Shown here: positions 24,800 to 38,304 of the stretch, in pieces
How positions within the stretch are numbered: the stretch's first letter is position 1
Layout: the number at the start of each line of letters is the position of its first letter
Source of the DNA: Chiloscyllium plagiosum
Lineage: Eukaryota
Direction of reading: 5' to 3'
Assembly: GCF_004010195.1 (NCBI RefSeq)
Contig: NC_057754.1
Location: forward strand, 7,352,434 to 7,401,192
Length of the DNA stretch: 48,759 nt
Translations under genes and position numbers: made by a program
Notes under the pieces: model-generated
The model's database searches: none
What the model was told of the DNA's origin: nothing
Seen by the model: the letters and a program-made list of their open reading frames with translations, nothing else

Positions 24800-25590
24800 A
24801 CAGGTCCGTCGGTTCACTAAGACTACAGCAATGCATGATGCCTTTCCAAACTAAGAAGAGTGTCGCCTCAACACTGTCTGTATCCCTCTATTCCCTGTCT
24901 GTTCAGATGTCTGCCTCTAAAGTGTTGCTATTGTATCCACCCCCACCACCTCCTCTGGCTGCTCATTCCAACCCTCCCCCCTTTTACCTTAAACCTATGT
25001 CCCCATTCAATTGACATTTCTACTATTGGAAAAGACACCAACTATCCATTCTACCTGTCCCTCTGATAACTTTGTAAGCTTCTCTCAGGTCGCCCTTCGT
25101 CCTTCAATGTGAAAACAAAACAAGTTTGCCCTCATAGCCAATTCCCTCCGAACCAGAAAAATATCCTGATCAATCATTTCTGTGACCTTTCCAAAGCCTC
25201 CACATCCTTCTGGTAGTTTGGCAACCAGGACTGTACACAACTTCCCAAATGTGGACTAACTACTGTTCTATACAGCTTTAACATAGCCTGTCAATTTTTG
25301 TACTCGCTGCTCCAAGTGATGAAGGCAAGCAGGACATATGCTTTCTTGACCACCATATCCACTTGGGTCACCACTCTCAGGGAACCAGTATGCCTTGATC
25401 CCTCTGCATGTTGATGCTACTAAAGATTCTGCCATTTACTGATTACTTCCTCCTTGCATCAGATGTTCCAAAATGCATCACCTCACGTTTGTCCGAATAA
25501 ATGCCATCTGTCACTTCTCTGCCCAAGGCTCCGGCCTATCTATATCCTGCTCTATCCTCTGGCAACCCTCCTCATTATCCGCAGTTCCCC
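24800..25590 (-). mobile_element. Degraded CR1 fragment
   Basis: Similar to the minus-strand CR1 at 14392-15240 (CCACCACCTCCTCTGGC, CTTAAACCTATGTCCCC, AAAATGCATCACCTCAC). Confidence 0.7.
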
Positions 25591-25949
25591 CAATCCCCCA
25601 TATTGTGGGCGGTCTCCTTATCGGAGGAAGGATGTTCTGTCTATGCAAGGAGCACAATGAAGGTTTACCAGACTGATTCCCGGGATGGCGGGACTGATGT
25701 ATGAAGAGAAACTGGATATATTCACGAGAGACCTATACGATTCTAACAGGACCAGACAGGGTAAACGCAGGAGGCACGTTCCCGATGACCCGGGGAGCCC
25801 AGAACCGGGGGGGGTCACAGTCTAAGGATTATGGGGTGGGGCATTTTGGACTGAGATGGGGAGAAACGTCTTCACCCAGAGAGTGGGGTGGGGTGGTGGG
25901 CCTGTGGGATTCTCTGTTGCAGAAACATTGATTTTTCTCAGGAAGGAGG

Positions 25950-28716
25950 TCAAGGTCATGAGAAGACGCCAGCAAGCAAGAGGTTGGTTTGAAGTGACTC
26001 GGGAGCTTCTGCAATAAGGTGGGTGAACTTGCAGCATGGGCTGGTACCTGAGATTTCGATGTTGTGGCCGAGCAGCGACAGGAATGGTTGTTGCAGGTCC
26101 CGGGATTTAGATGGTAAAAGGGGTTGGGTGGTGGCATTGTTGGTCAAGGACAGTATTATGGTGGCAGAAAGGATGTTTGAGGACTAGGGTAGTATGGACT
26201 GAGGTTAGAAACAGGAAAGGAGAGGCCTCCAAATAGTTCCAGAGATGTAGAGGATAGGAGATGATCTTCGATAGAAGTGAGATTGACAGGGTAGTTATTA
26301 TGGGGGACTTAAACTTTCCAAATATTGACTGGGAATACTATAGTACAAGTACTTTAGATGGGTCCATTTTTGTCCAATGTGTGCAGGAGGGTTTCCTGAC
26401 AGGCCAACAAGGGTCGAGGCCACATTAGATTTGGTATTGGGTAATGAACCCGGTCAGGCATTAGATTTGAAGGCAGGTGAGCACTTAGGTGATAGTGACC
26501 GATATATTTAGTGATGGAAAGGCACATGTATATATCACAGGGCAAGAGTGATAGCTGGGGGAAAAGCAATTACGATGCAAATAGGGAGGATTTAGGATGC
26601 ACAGGATGGGGAAGGAAACTGCAGGGAATGGGTACAATTGAAATGTAGAGGTTATTCAAGGAACAGCTACTGCGGATACTTGATAAGTATGTACCGGTCA
26701 GGCAGGGAGGAGGGTGTCAAGCGTGGGAGCTGTGATTTACGAAGGAAGTTGAACCTCTTGTCAAGAAGAAGGCTGATATTAGGATGAGATGTTAAGACTC
26801 AGTTAGGGTGCTTGGAGAGCTACAAGCGAGCCGGGAAAAACCTAAAGAGAGAGCTAAGAGCCAGAAGGGGACATGAGAAGTCATCGGTGGATGGGATCAA
26901 GGAAAACCCCAAGGCTTTCTATAGGGATATCAGGAATAAAAGAATGACTAGAGTAAGAGTAGGGCCAATCAAAGATAGTAGTGGGAAGTTGTGGGAAGTC
27001 GAGTCAGAGGAGATAGGGGAAGTCTTAAATGAACATTTTTCGTCAGTATTCACACTGGAAAAAGATAACGCTTGTCGAGGAGAATACTGAGATACAGGCT
27101 CCTGGACTAGATAGGATTGAGGTGTACAAGGAGGAGGTGTTAGCAATTTTGGAAAGTGTGAAAATAGATAAATTCCCTGGGCCAGATGGGATTTATTCTA
27201 GGATTCTCTGGGAAGCCAGCGAGGAGATTGCCGAGCCTTTGGCTTTGATCTTAATGTCATCATTGTCTACAGGAATAATGCCAGAAGATTGGAGGATAAC
27301 AAATATTGTCCCCTTGTTCAAGAAGGGGGGGGGGGGGGGGGGGGGAGGTCCAACCCTGGTATTTATAGACCAGTCAGCCTTATTTTGGTTGTGGGTAAAG
27401 TGCTGGAAAGGGTTGTAAGAGATAGGATTTATAATCATCGAGAGATGAATAATTTGACTAGGGATAGTCAATGCGGTTTTGTGAAGGGTAGGTCGTGTCT
27501 CACTAACCTTATTGCGTTCTTTGAGAAGGTGACCAAACAGGTGGATGAGGGTAAAGGGGTTGATGTGGTGTATATGGATTTCAGTAAGGAGTTTGATAAG
27601 GTTCCCCACGGTAGGCTATTGCACAAAATACGGAGCCATGGGATTGAGGGTGATTTAGTGGTTTGGATCAGAAATTGGCTAGTCGAAAGAAGACAAAGGG
27701 TGGTGGTTGATGTGAAATATTCATCCTGAAGTTCAGTTACTAGTGGTGTACCGCAAGGATCTATTTTGGGTCCACTGCTGTTTGTCATTTTTATAAATGA
27801 CCTGGATGAGGGCGTAGAAGGATGGGTTAGTAAATTTGCAGATGACACTAAGGTCGGTAGAGTTGTACATAGTGACGAAGGATGTAATAGGTTACAGGGG
27901 GACATAGATAAGCAGCTGAACTGAGAGGTGGTGAATGCAGTGTAATCCGGAAAAGTGTGAGGTGATTCACTTTGGAAGGAGTAACAGGAATGCAGAGTAC
28001 TGGGATAACGATAACATTCTTCGTAGTGTAGATGAGCAGAGGGATCTCGCTGTCCAGGTACATAGATCCCTGCAAGTTGCCACCCAAGTTGATAGGGATG
28101 TTAAGAAGACATACAGTGTGTTAGCTTTTATTGGTAGAGGGATTGAGCTGCAGGTCATGCTGCAGCTGTACAAAACTCTGGTGAGGCTGCACTTGGAGTA
28201 TTGCGTACAGTTCTGGTCACCGCACGATAGGAAGGATGTGGAAGCTTTGGAAAGGATTCAGAGGAGATTTACCAGGATGTCGCCTGGTATGGAGGGAAGG
28301 TTTGATGAGGAAAGGCTGAGGGACTTGAGGCTGTTTTCGTTCAAGAGAAGACGATTGAGAGGTGAAATAATTGAGACATAGAAGATAATCAGAGGGTTAG
28401 ACAGGGTGGACAAGGAGAGCCTTTTTCCTCAGATGGTGATAGCTAGCATGAAGGGGCTTTAAATTAAGGGGTGATAGATATAGGACAGATGTCAGAAATA
28501 GTTTCTTTACTCAGAGCGTAGTATGGGCGTGGAACGCACTGCCAGCAACAGTAGTGGACTTGCCAACTTTAAGGGCATTTAAATGGTCATTGGATAGGCA
28601 TATAGATGAGAATGGAATAGTGTAGGTTAGATGGGCTTCAGATTGGTTTCACAGGTTGGTGCAACATCGAGGGGTGAAGGGCCTGTACTGCGCTGGAATG
28701 TTCTACGTTCTATGAG
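25950..28716 (+). mobile_element. Long CR1 (HER1-like) LINE: endonuclease, RT and 3' end, frameshifted
   Basis: GDLNFPNIDW endonuclease motif; [80 protein letters not shown]; (TTCTATG)-type tail. Confidence 0.95.
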
Positions 28717-29169
28717 TTGGATATAGTTCTTAGGGCTAGAGGGATTGAAGAGTATGGGGTTAAAGTGGGACTGAGTTGGATGATCAGCCACAATCTTATC
28801 AATGACAGAAATGCTCAAAAGGGTGAATGACCTATTCCTGCTCCTATTTTCTATGTTTCTATGACTGGACCCTTCAGCCCCTCAATCCTGCTCCACTGCC
28901 CAGCAAAATGGTGACTGATCAATCGATGTTTTGAATTCCACATTTCCAGCTACCCCGATAACCTTTGAACCCTCGATCTAGCATGGATCTATCTAATTCT
29001 ACCTTAAAAAGTTCAAAGACCCCCACCTTCACTGCCTTCTGAAGCACAGCTCCAAAGTCACACAGCCTTCAGAGGAAAACAAAGTGCTGCTTATTTATGT
29101 GTTCTAAAACAGTGTCCCCTTTCTGGACTGCGCCACACAAGGAAATACCCCTTCCACACCCATCTTGTC

Positions 29170-30045
29170 GAGATGAAGTGAAGTAGGTTATCAAAGATTA
29201 TAAAGAGATCTTGATCAATTGGGTCATTGGGATGAGGAGTGGCAGGTGGAGTTTAATTTGGATAAACACGATGTTTTGCATTTTGGTAAAATAAACAAGG
29301 GCAGAATTTATACAATTAAAAATAGGGCCTTGGGTAGTGTTGTAGGACAGAGAGACCTAGGGGTTCAGGTACCTAATTCTTTGAATTTTGCATCACATAT
29401 AATGGGGTGGTTGAGAAGGTGTTTAGCACGCTTGCCTTCATTGCTCAGTCCTTTGAGTGTAGGAGTTGGGACGTTCATGTTGAGGTTGTACAAGACATTG
29501 GTGAGGCCTCGTCTGGAGTACTGTGTCCAGTTCTGCTCACTCTGTTACGGGAGGAATAATATTAAGCTGGAGAGGGTTCAGGAGCGATTTACCAGGATGT
29601 TGCTGGGAATTGAGTTATAAGGAGAGACTAGATAAACTGGATTTTTTCCACTGGAGCATAGGAGGTTGAGCGGTGTCTTTATACAGGTTTATAAAATCAT
29701 GAGAGATGTAGATAAGGTGAATGGCAGATGTCTTTTCCCTAGGACAGGGAATTTCAAGACTGGGGGGGTATTTTTAAGATGTGAGGAGAAAGGTTAAAAA
29801 AAACATGAGGGGTAATTTTATTTATACAGAGAGTGGTTCGTGTGTGGAATGACCTTCCTGAGGAAGTGGTGGATGCGGGTACAATTACAATGTTTAAAAG
29901 ACATTTAGATAAGTACATGAATGAGAAAGGTTTGAAGGGCCAAGCGCAGGCAGGGTGGGACTTGTTTAGTTTGGCATCATGGTCAGTGTGGACTGGTTAG
30001 ACAGAAGGGTCTCTTTAGGTGCTGTATGACTTTATGACTCTGTGA
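29170..30045 (+). mobile_element. CR1 3' fragment
   Basis: WQVEFNLDK..LHFGK..LYKTLVRPRLEYCVQF..LERVQERFTRML. Confidence 0.9.
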
Positions 30046-30239
30046 TTCAGGATCTCCTATACTTCAATCAGGTCACCTCCCACACTTCCAAATCCCAGTG
30101 GAAACCAGCCCAGTTTGCCTAACCCTTTCCTCATAGGACAACCTGCTCATTCCAGATATCGATCTGGTAAACCTGCTGTGAACTGAACTCCAACGCAGTA
30201 ACATCCTCCCTTAAATAAGGAGACCAAAACATTTTTTTG

Positions 30240-30600
30240 GTTCATTTGCAAGAAGTGAGTGTCACTAACTAGTCTAGCATTTATTGCCCACCCCTAATTG
30301 CCCAGACAGCAGTTTAAGAGTCAATCATTTCTGTAGGTGTCAAGTCGCATGTAGGCCAGACCAGGTAAGGATGGCCAATTTCCTTCCCTAAAGGACATTA
30401 GTGAACCAGATGAGTTTTTCCCCAATAATCAACAACTGATTCATGGTCATCATTAATAACTTACTTAAGTCCAGATTTTTAATTGAAATCAAATTCCACC
30501 ATCTACCAAGGCAGGATTTGAACCAAGGTCCGCAGAACATTACCTGGGAATCTGGATTAACAGTCTATTGATAATAGCACTAGGCCATCACCTCCCCTTA
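30240..30600 (-). mobile_element. tRNA-derived SINE (SacSINE1/DeuSINE-like)
   Basis: Minus-strand GGTTCAAATCC B-box and head; TTTATTGCCCACCCCTAATTGCCC tail shared with LINE 3' ends; partial + copy at about 23335-23480. Confidence 0.55.
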
Positions 30601-30614
30601 GCATCTCACTAGTG

Positions 30615-31330
30615 TCATAGAGTCACTCAGCAAAGAAACAGATCCTTCGGTCCAATCAGTCCATGCCAATCATAGTCCCAAACTAAACTAGTCCCATCTG
30701 CCTGCGCTTGGCACATATCCCTCCAAACATTTCTTCTTCATGAACTTAGCAAATGTCTTTTAAACATTTTAACTGCACCCGCATCCACCACTTCCTCTGG
30801 AAGTTCATTCCACAAATGAACCACTCTCTAGGTAATAAAATTGCCCTTCTTGTCTTGTTTAAATCCTTCTCCTCTCACCTTAAAACTATGCCCCTTAGTC
30901 TTGAAATCCCCCTCCCTAGGGAAAAAAGACTTCTGCCATTCACCTTATCCATATCCTTCATTATTTTATAAACCTGTATCAGGTCACCCTTGAGCCTCCG
31001 ACGCTCCAATGAAAAAAGTCGCAGCCTATCCAGCCTCTCCTTATATCTCAAATCCTCCATTCCCGGCAACATCCTAGTAAATCTCCTCTGAATCCTCTCC
31101 AGCTTACTAATATCCTTCTTATAACAGGGTAACCTGACCTCCATACAACCCCCCAGACGAGGCCTCACCTACATCCTGTACAACCTCAACATGACATCCC
31201 AACTCCGATACTCAAAGGACTGAGCAATAAAGGCAAGCGTGCTAAACACCTTCATAACCACCCTTTTGATGCAAATTTTAAAGAATTATGTGTCTGAAAC
31301 CCTCAGTCTCTCTGTTCTACAACACTACCT
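30615..31330 (-). mobile_element. CR1 3' fragment
   Basis: YKKDISKLERIQRRFTRMLPGME.L.YKERLDRL.LFSLERRRLKGDLI.VYKIM. Confidence 0.9.
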
Positions 31331-31750
31331 ATATAACTGAAGCATAAAATCCTTACTTTTGTAATCAGTTCCTCTCAATAGTTCAGGAAAATCATGGCAG
31401 TACTTTTCAGAATATATTCAAATATATTTGATCATGCAACACCCCAAGCATCTGTGGGGAGGGTTGGGGCGGGGGCGGGGGGGAGGGGGTATGACTTTAA
31501 CATTAGAGAGGCGCTTCATTGTTACCTCCACTCTTGATCACAAACCCTGACTCTGCTTCCTGTCTTCTGTATTCTGAACAAATCATGTTTTACATTCATC
31601 CAGTCATAGAGATGTACAGCATGGAAACAGACCCTTCGCTTCAACTTGTCCATGTCGACCAGATTTCCCAACCTAATCAAGTCCCATTTGTCAGCACTGG
31701 GCCCATATCCATCTACGTTCAGACAGGGTAAATAGCCATGGTCTTTTCTC

Positions 31751-32563
31751 TGTGCTGGAAAAGCACAGCAGGTCAGGCAGCATCCGAGGAGCAGGAAAAT
31801 CGATGTTTCGGGCAAGAGCCCTTCATTAGGAATACAGGCAGGAAGCCTCCAGGGTGGAGAGATAAATGGGGGGTGGAGGGGTAGGGCTGGGGAGAATATA
31901 GCCAAGAGTACAATAGGTGAATGGGGGTGGGGATGGAAGTGATAGGTCAGAGAGGAGGGTGGAGTGGATAGGTGGGAAGGGAGATAGACAGGTAGGACAG
32001 GTCATGGGGACAGTGCTGAGCTGGAAATGGGTAAGGTGGGGGGAGGGGAAATGAGGAAACTGGTAAAGTCCACATTGATGCCCTGGGGTTGAAGTGTTCC
32101 GAGGTGGAAGATGAGGCATTCTTCCTCCAGGCGTCAGGTAGTGAGGGAGCAGCGGTGAAGGAGGCCCAGGACCTGCATGTCCTCGGCAGAGTGGAAGGGG
32201 GAGTTGAAATGTTGGTCCACAGGGCGGTGCGGGTGTCCCGGAAATGTTCCCAAAAGCGCTCTGTGAGGAGGCGTTCAGTCTCCCCAGTGTAGAAGGGAGC
32301 AACGGATACAATAAATGACATTGGTGGATATGCAAGTGAAACTTTGATGGATGTGGAAGGCTCCTTTGGGGCCTTGGATGGTGGTGAGGGAGGAGGTGTG
32401 GGCGCAGGTTTTACAGTTCCTGCGGTGGCAGGGGAGGACGCCAGGATGGGAGAGTGGTTTGTTGGGAGGCGTGGACCTGACCAGGTAGTCACAGAGGGAA
32501 CGGTCTTTGCGGAAGGCGGAAAGGGGTGGGGAGGGAAATATATCTCTGGTGGTGGGGTCCATT
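31751..32563 (-). mobile_element. Penelope-like element 3' part (GIY-YIG endonuclease) inserted into a CR1 (flanks 31600-31712 and 32588-32912)
   Basis: CHRRNCKTCAH..FTCISTNVIYCIRC and YTGETERLLTERFWEH match the Penelope GIY-YIG domain; the CR1 halves continue on either side. Confidence 0.85.
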
Positions 32564-33254
32564 TGAAGGGAAATGTCGGCGGCTGTCGGCCATATCCCCC
32601 CAAACCCTTCCTATTCATATCCCCATCCAGATGCCTTTTAAATGTTGCAATTGTTCCAGCCTCCACCACGTCCTCTGGCAGCTCCTTCCATACACGTGCC
32701 ATCCTCTGGGTGAAAAAAAATGCCCCTTAGGTCTCTTTTATATCTTTCCCCTCTCACCCTAAACCCTATGCCCTCTAGTTCTGGACTCCCCCACCCCAGA
32801 GAAAAGACCATGGCTATTTACCCTGTCCATGCCCCTCATGATTATATAAACCTCCATCAGGTGGCCCCTCAGCCTCCGACGCTCCAGGGAAAACTGCCCC
32901 AGCTTATTCAGCCTTTCATCTCTATCTTAAACAGGGTGACCCCTTATTGTGAAAGAATGACCACTAGTTGCAGATTCTCCCCACAAGAGGAACCGTTCTC
33001 TCCCCATCCATCTTGTCGAGCTCCCTTAGGATCTTAGATGTTTCAACCAAATCACCTCGCATTCTCCGAAACTCCAGTGGACACAAGCCACCCCCATCCT
33101 GTCCGACCTCTCTGTGTAAGACAACCCACCCCATTTCAGTGATTTACCTGGGTAAACCTTCAACAAAAATAATCAGATTTAATAATTACTGCAGTTTATC
33201 AAAAGAGGGAGTTGGGGGCTCATGTGTATCAACTACTGAAGGTGCCAGAATATA

Positions 33255-33525
33255 GTAGAGAATCCCCACAGTGTGGAAGCAGGCCATTTGGCCCATCGAG
33301 TCCACATTGACCCTCTGAAATGCATCCCACCCAGACACAATCCCCGTAAACCAGCATTTCCTACGGCTAATCCACGTAGTCTATGCACCTCGGGATTCTA
33401 TGGGCAATTTAGCTTGGCCAACCGATTCTAACCTGCATAGCCCTGGACTGTGGGAGGAAACCGGAGCACTCGGAGGAAGCCCACGCAGACGCGCAGGGAA
33501 TCTGCAAACTCCACACAGACAGTGG
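33255..33525 (-). mobile_element. HE1-type V-SINE
   Basis: GGACTGTGGGAGGAAACCGGAGCAC..TGCAAACTCCACACAGACAG. Confidence 0.85.
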
Positions 33526-34589
33526 CCAGAGTACGATAGTGGTTTACAAAATGGATGGTGTCTAGGGCTTCAAAAATTGTTTCCATTCCTGGATCCCACT
33601 CTCACTCATCTCCACCCTCTCCCACACTCTCTTCAGGAGGTGAGGGTCCCTCAAGAAGGTGCAGAGGGACATTGACCAGAACAGTTCCCGGGATGGGGGG
33701 GGGGGGGCAATGGGTGGGGGTGGAAGGATTTTAGCTACCAGGTCAAGGGTCGCAAAGGCTCGGGGTCGTTCCTCTCAGAGCGAAGGAGATGAAGGGGAGG
33801 AGTCAGGGGTGAGATTTGATGGAGGTTGGTTGCCATGGCAACAGATTGGGCTAAGTCTGGGAAAGAGAAGCTCAGTCCCGTTGGCTGATGGGACAAGGAC
33901 TGGGCAGGGAGGAGACACAAGGTTGAAGGTTTTGAGGGTGAGGAGGAGTGAGGAGGAAGATTGATTTCCGCAGCGAGGGGGAACAAGCTGGAACCCGTTG
34001 CCCACGAGATGGGAGGGGAAGGAGAGGCGACGAACAATTTGAAGAGTTGTTTGGACAGGAACCTGAGGGGGAGTAAACTCGCAGGGCAGCGAAGGGGAGC
34101 ATGGAGGAGTTGAGGACCCGTCTGGACTGGTGGCACAGAGGGCCTGTTTTGACCAGACAGGATGAATGGCCTCATACACCGCTCTAACAAGTTTGCGACT
34201 ATCAAAAGGGAAGCCATTAAGTCCTTGAAAAGGGGGTGTTTACATGGCCATGAGAAAAAATGGAGTGAGAAGTCAATTGGGTAGCTATTCCAAAACGCTG
34301 ACACAGGCTGAGAGACATCGAGTCATGGAGATGTGCAGCGCAGACACAGACCCTTCGGTCCAACTCATCCATGCCGACCAGGTATCTGTAACTCACTGCC
34401 AGTGAGGTTACCAGAGGCAGAAACCCTCATCACATTTACAAAATTCATAGATATGCATTTGAAACACTCAAGGCTATGGGCCAAGTGCTGTGAAATGGGA
34501 TGAGGATAGGTAGATGTTTGATGGCCTGCACAGACGTGGTGGGCCGAAGGCTCCCTTTCTGTGCTGATAAACAATAAATGAGTATATTA

Positions 34590-34885
34590 AGGGTCATAGA
34601 GTTGTACAGCATGGAAACAGACCCTTTGTCAATGCCGACCAGATATCCTGAATTAATCTCGTCCCATTTGCCAGCACCCGGCCCATATCCCTCTAAACCC
34701 TTCCCATTCATATACCCACCCAGATGCCTTTTAAATGTCGTAATTGTACCAGTCTCCACCACTTCCTCTGGCAGCTCATTCAACACACTCACCACCCTCT
34801 GCGTGAAAACGTTGCCCCTCGTGTCCCTTTTATACCTTTCTCTTCTCACCTTAAACCTATGCCCTCTAGTTCTGGACTCCCCTAG
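34590..34885 (-). mobile_element. CR1 3' end
   Basis: RTRGHRFKV..FTQRVVSVLNELPEEVVE..GYGPGAGKWD. Confidence 0.9.
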
Positions 34886-35595
34886 ACTTGGCTCTTCCTG
34901 TTGTACAGGGTGGGGGTGGGGGACGTTGGTTTCGGTCGTTATCCAGGGAATTGCAGGCTCTGATTGGAACAGGATGCTCTCGCGAAAAGAGACCAGGAGT
35001 GTGGACCCCCATCTTCCCAAGCCTGGCCAAGGGGAGATGTGTACGCTCCAACGGGGGGGGGGGGGGGGAGAAAACACCTTCATAATCATGGGAGGGGCAA
35101 AAGAGAGAGAGAGAGGTGTGAAAAAAAAACTGAGGGAACATTTCACTGCAATGCAGTGTAATGCATTCCAAAATATCACCCCCCATCTCCACCAACATCC
35201 ACTCCACCCATCTCTTGCCCCCACTATCTTGCCCAGCCCCCCCCCAAAAAAAATCAGACAATTTTGGAGGAGGGTTTTCTTAAACGGTCTTCTGTTTCCT
35301 CCCCCTCTATGAATTAGCAGGCTCTGGGTGTCAAAATTGATATTTTTGCTAAAGGCGCACAGAATTGGTTAGAGGTGAACGTGACAGAGTGATCCCCCCC
35401 CCCCATTTACTGTATCCCTTTCTGCACCCACAGCAACACACACACCTCCCTCCTCTCCCCCTTTGAAGCTTCTTCTTTCTGGTGAAGGTGAAATTTAATT
35501 TCCTTGGTATTTCACTAACTCAGTAGGCAAGGGCGGCAATGCCATTCTCTGCGTCTGCGTTTGTGTGTGTGCGCGCGTGTGTTAGTCAGACTCAC

Positions 35596-35661
35596 CTCCT
35601 CTCTGATGTCTTGCAGGCTCGGGGTGTTACCTTCGTTCACCGCTCCTGACAAACTCTGCAT
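35596..35661 (-). CDS. TMEM151A: Probable first coding exon of TMEM151A (MQSLSGAVNEGNTPSLQDIREE)
   Basis: ATG with A at -3 and an in-frame TGA 12 nt upstream, 22 codons ending ...REE, and a perfect GTGAGT phase-0 donor (35590-35595). TMEM151 first exons end ...REE and exon 2 begins QRP in phase 0. Not in the supplied ORF track. Confidence 0.8.
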
Positions 35662-36087
35662 GATCTTTCTTCAGCCTCCCAGGCACAGGTCCAGCCGAGC
35701 GAAAACGCCATGTGGAAACGGCCAAGTCATTTCCTATCAGGGACAAAAGCTGCCCAGAGGGGGAGCAGGGCGATAGAGATACACAGAGAGAGAAAGAGCA
35801 GCTCCCCTTTCAATCCTCCTTAGTAAAGCACTGTGATCTTACCCTTACAGAGACACACACGGTGTGTATACAAAAGAGCCATCCTGCAGTATTCAGTTCC
35901 AATGAAGCATCTCACATATCCAAGTCTAGTTTTAATGTAAAGCTGAAAGGCATGTTCTAGCAATGGTCTCTGTTTTATATGCAGCACCTTCACTGCAATG
36001 TGTCCCTTTTTATGCATTTAAATCTGAAATTTCTTTGCCTCACCTAGCCACTGACCCCTGTACTCTACAATTTCTGCCTGAAATACA

Positions 36088-36103
36088 TAGCTGACGTCAG
36101 CTA
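36088..36103. promoter_or_regulatory. Full CRE (TGACGTCA) inside a perfect 16-bp palindrome near the putative TMEM151A promoter
   Basis: TAGCTGACGTCAGCTA about 430 bp upstream of the minus-strand ATG; TATA-like TTTAAATA on minus at about 36132-36139; unique sequence. Confidence 0.5.
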
Positions 36104-36214
36104 CCTTGGATACTGTTCCCAGCTCCTGCAATATTTAAAGGGGCAGGCCACGTCGTGATGCTTGTGGGGAACTGGGGGAGAGGAGGCTGCCTCACAACCC
36201 CATCCGGGGATAGG

Positions 36215-36470
36215 TCCAGAGTTTGTTGCCCCACCCTTAATTGCCCCTCTAGAAAGTGGTGGCAAGCCACCTTCATGAACCACTGCAGTCCGCGTGCTGT
36301 GGGTTAGACCCACAATGCCCTTAGGGAGGGAATTCCAGGATTCTGACCCAGCGACACTGAAGGAATGGCCGCTGTGTTTCCGAGTCAGGGTGGTGAGCAG
36401 CTCGCGGGGGATCTTGCATGGGCTCTTGTTCCCCTGTACCTGCAGCTCTTGTACAGGGGCAGCTGGTGGG
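36215..36470 (-). mobile_element. LINE 3' UTR fragment (family of 11335-11925)
   Basis: Reverse complement of about 11700-11910. Confidence 0.75.
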
Positions 36471-36494
36471 GGCTCTTGTTTCTTTTTCATATTG

Positions 36495-36910
36495 GGATCA
36501 TGGAATCCCTACGGTGTGGAAGCAGGCCATTCAGCCCATCAAGTCCACAACGACCCTCTGAACAGCATCCCACACAAACCCCTCCAGCCAATTCCTGTAA
36601 CCATGCATTTCCCATAGCTGATCCACCCTAACCTGCACATCTTTGGACACAATGGGACAATTTAGCACGGCCAATCCACCCTAACCTGCACATCGCTGGG
36701 CACTATGGGACAATTTAGCACAACCAATCCACCCTAACCTGCACATCCCTGGGCACTATGGGACAGTTTAGCACGGCCAATCCACCCTAACCTGCACATC
36801 TTTGGGAGGAACCCTGACAGACGTAGGGAGAGTGTGCAAACTCCTCACAGTCATCCAAAGGTGGAATGGAACCAGGCCCCGTGAGGCAGTAGTGCTAACC
36901 ACTAAGCCAC
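36495..36910 (-). mobile_element. HE1-type SINE with an about 55-bp segment repeated 3-4 times
   Basis: CCAATCCACCCTAACCTGCACATC..GGGACAATTTAGCA in tandem; tRNA head GAGGCAGTAGTGCTAACCACT. Confidence 0.8.
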
Positions 36911-37324
36911 TGTTCACTAAAGGGGCATTAGTGAACCAGGTGTGTTTATATGACAACTAGTGTTCGTTGTCAATGGTCACCATCTCTGAGACCAGTTAAA
37001 TTGCAGATTATTAATTGAGTTTATGCCCAACTTCTTAGACTGGACCACCTTGTAAAGGCCACCTACACTGTCTAGTCGGACATTTGTTAACCCAAGCGGT
37101 TATGGACATTCCCTAGCCCCAGGCAGATCCCTTGAAATGTAATCTCCACCATTTCCCCACTAGAGATGTGAGTCTTCAGAGAAAGCCAGTTCGAATCCAG
37201 GGCTAGCTATTACCAACGGGAACATTCCCCCCACATCCCCACTCCTCCATATCACTCCACAACCCTGCCTCCCACTTTCAAAGATGATATTAGACTACAC
37301 AGAGCACGGAGGGGATGTTAGGAA

Positions 37325-38060
37325 TCATAGAGTCATATAAATGTACAGATCCATCTTGTCCACGCTGACCAGATATCCCTAAGCTAATCTAGTCCCATTT
37401 GCCAGCATTTGGTCCATATCCCTCTAAACGATTCCTACTCATGTACCCATCCAGAAGCCTTTTAAATGTTAGAAGTCACATGACACTGGGTTATAGTCCA
37501 ACAGGTTTATTTGAAATCACAAGCTTTCAGGGCATGCTCCTTCATCAGTCCAACACCAGCATCTCCACATCATGGCCTCTTACATGTTGTAATTGTACCA
37601 GCCTCCACCACCTCCTCTGGTAGCTCATTCCATACACAGACCACCCTCTGTGTGAAAAAGTTGCCACTTAAGTCCTTTTTTAAATCTTTCCCCCTCTCAC
37701 CTAAAACCTATGCCATCTGGTTTTGGGGACAAGATCTTGACTGGTCACCCTATCCATGCCCCACATGATTTTATAAACCTCTATAAGGTCACCCCTCAGC
37801 CTCCGATGCTCCAGGGAATACAGCCCCAGCCTGTTCAGCCTCTCCCTGTAGCTCAAACCCTCCAACCCTGGCAACATCCTTGTAAAGCTTTTCTGAACCC
37901 TTTCAAATTTCACAACATCCTTCCTATAGCAGGGAGTCCAGAATTGAATGCTGTATTCCAAAAGTGGCCTAAACAATGTCCTGTACAGTCACAACATGAC
38001 TTCCTAACCCAATGCACTGACCAATAAAACCAAGAGTACCAAATGCCTTCTTTACTACCC
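37325..38060 (-). mobile_element. CR1 3' fragment with a short Penelope-type insert (about 37470-37580)
   Basis: RPLLEYSIQFWTP..VQKSFTRMLPGLEGLSYRERL; target duplication-like CCTTTTAAATGTT / CCTCTTACATGTT around the insert. Confidence 0.85.
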
Positions 38061-38304
38061 TAATAAAAAAAAGTAAAATTAAGACAAAGTTCATCACTGT
38101 TTAGTTAACTGCACCTGGGTCGGGGGAAGGCCGATTAAGGAACAATGGAATACCCTGAAGACGCAGCTGAGACGAGACTGCCATTCTGGGCCCAGAGCAC
38201 CACGCACGGCCATTGGAACACTGGGCCGGAACCTTCCGCCAAACAAGGCAGCCATGCTGGACCGAGATGACTAGGCCAGGACAAGGCTGCCATGTCCGAA
38301 CTAA

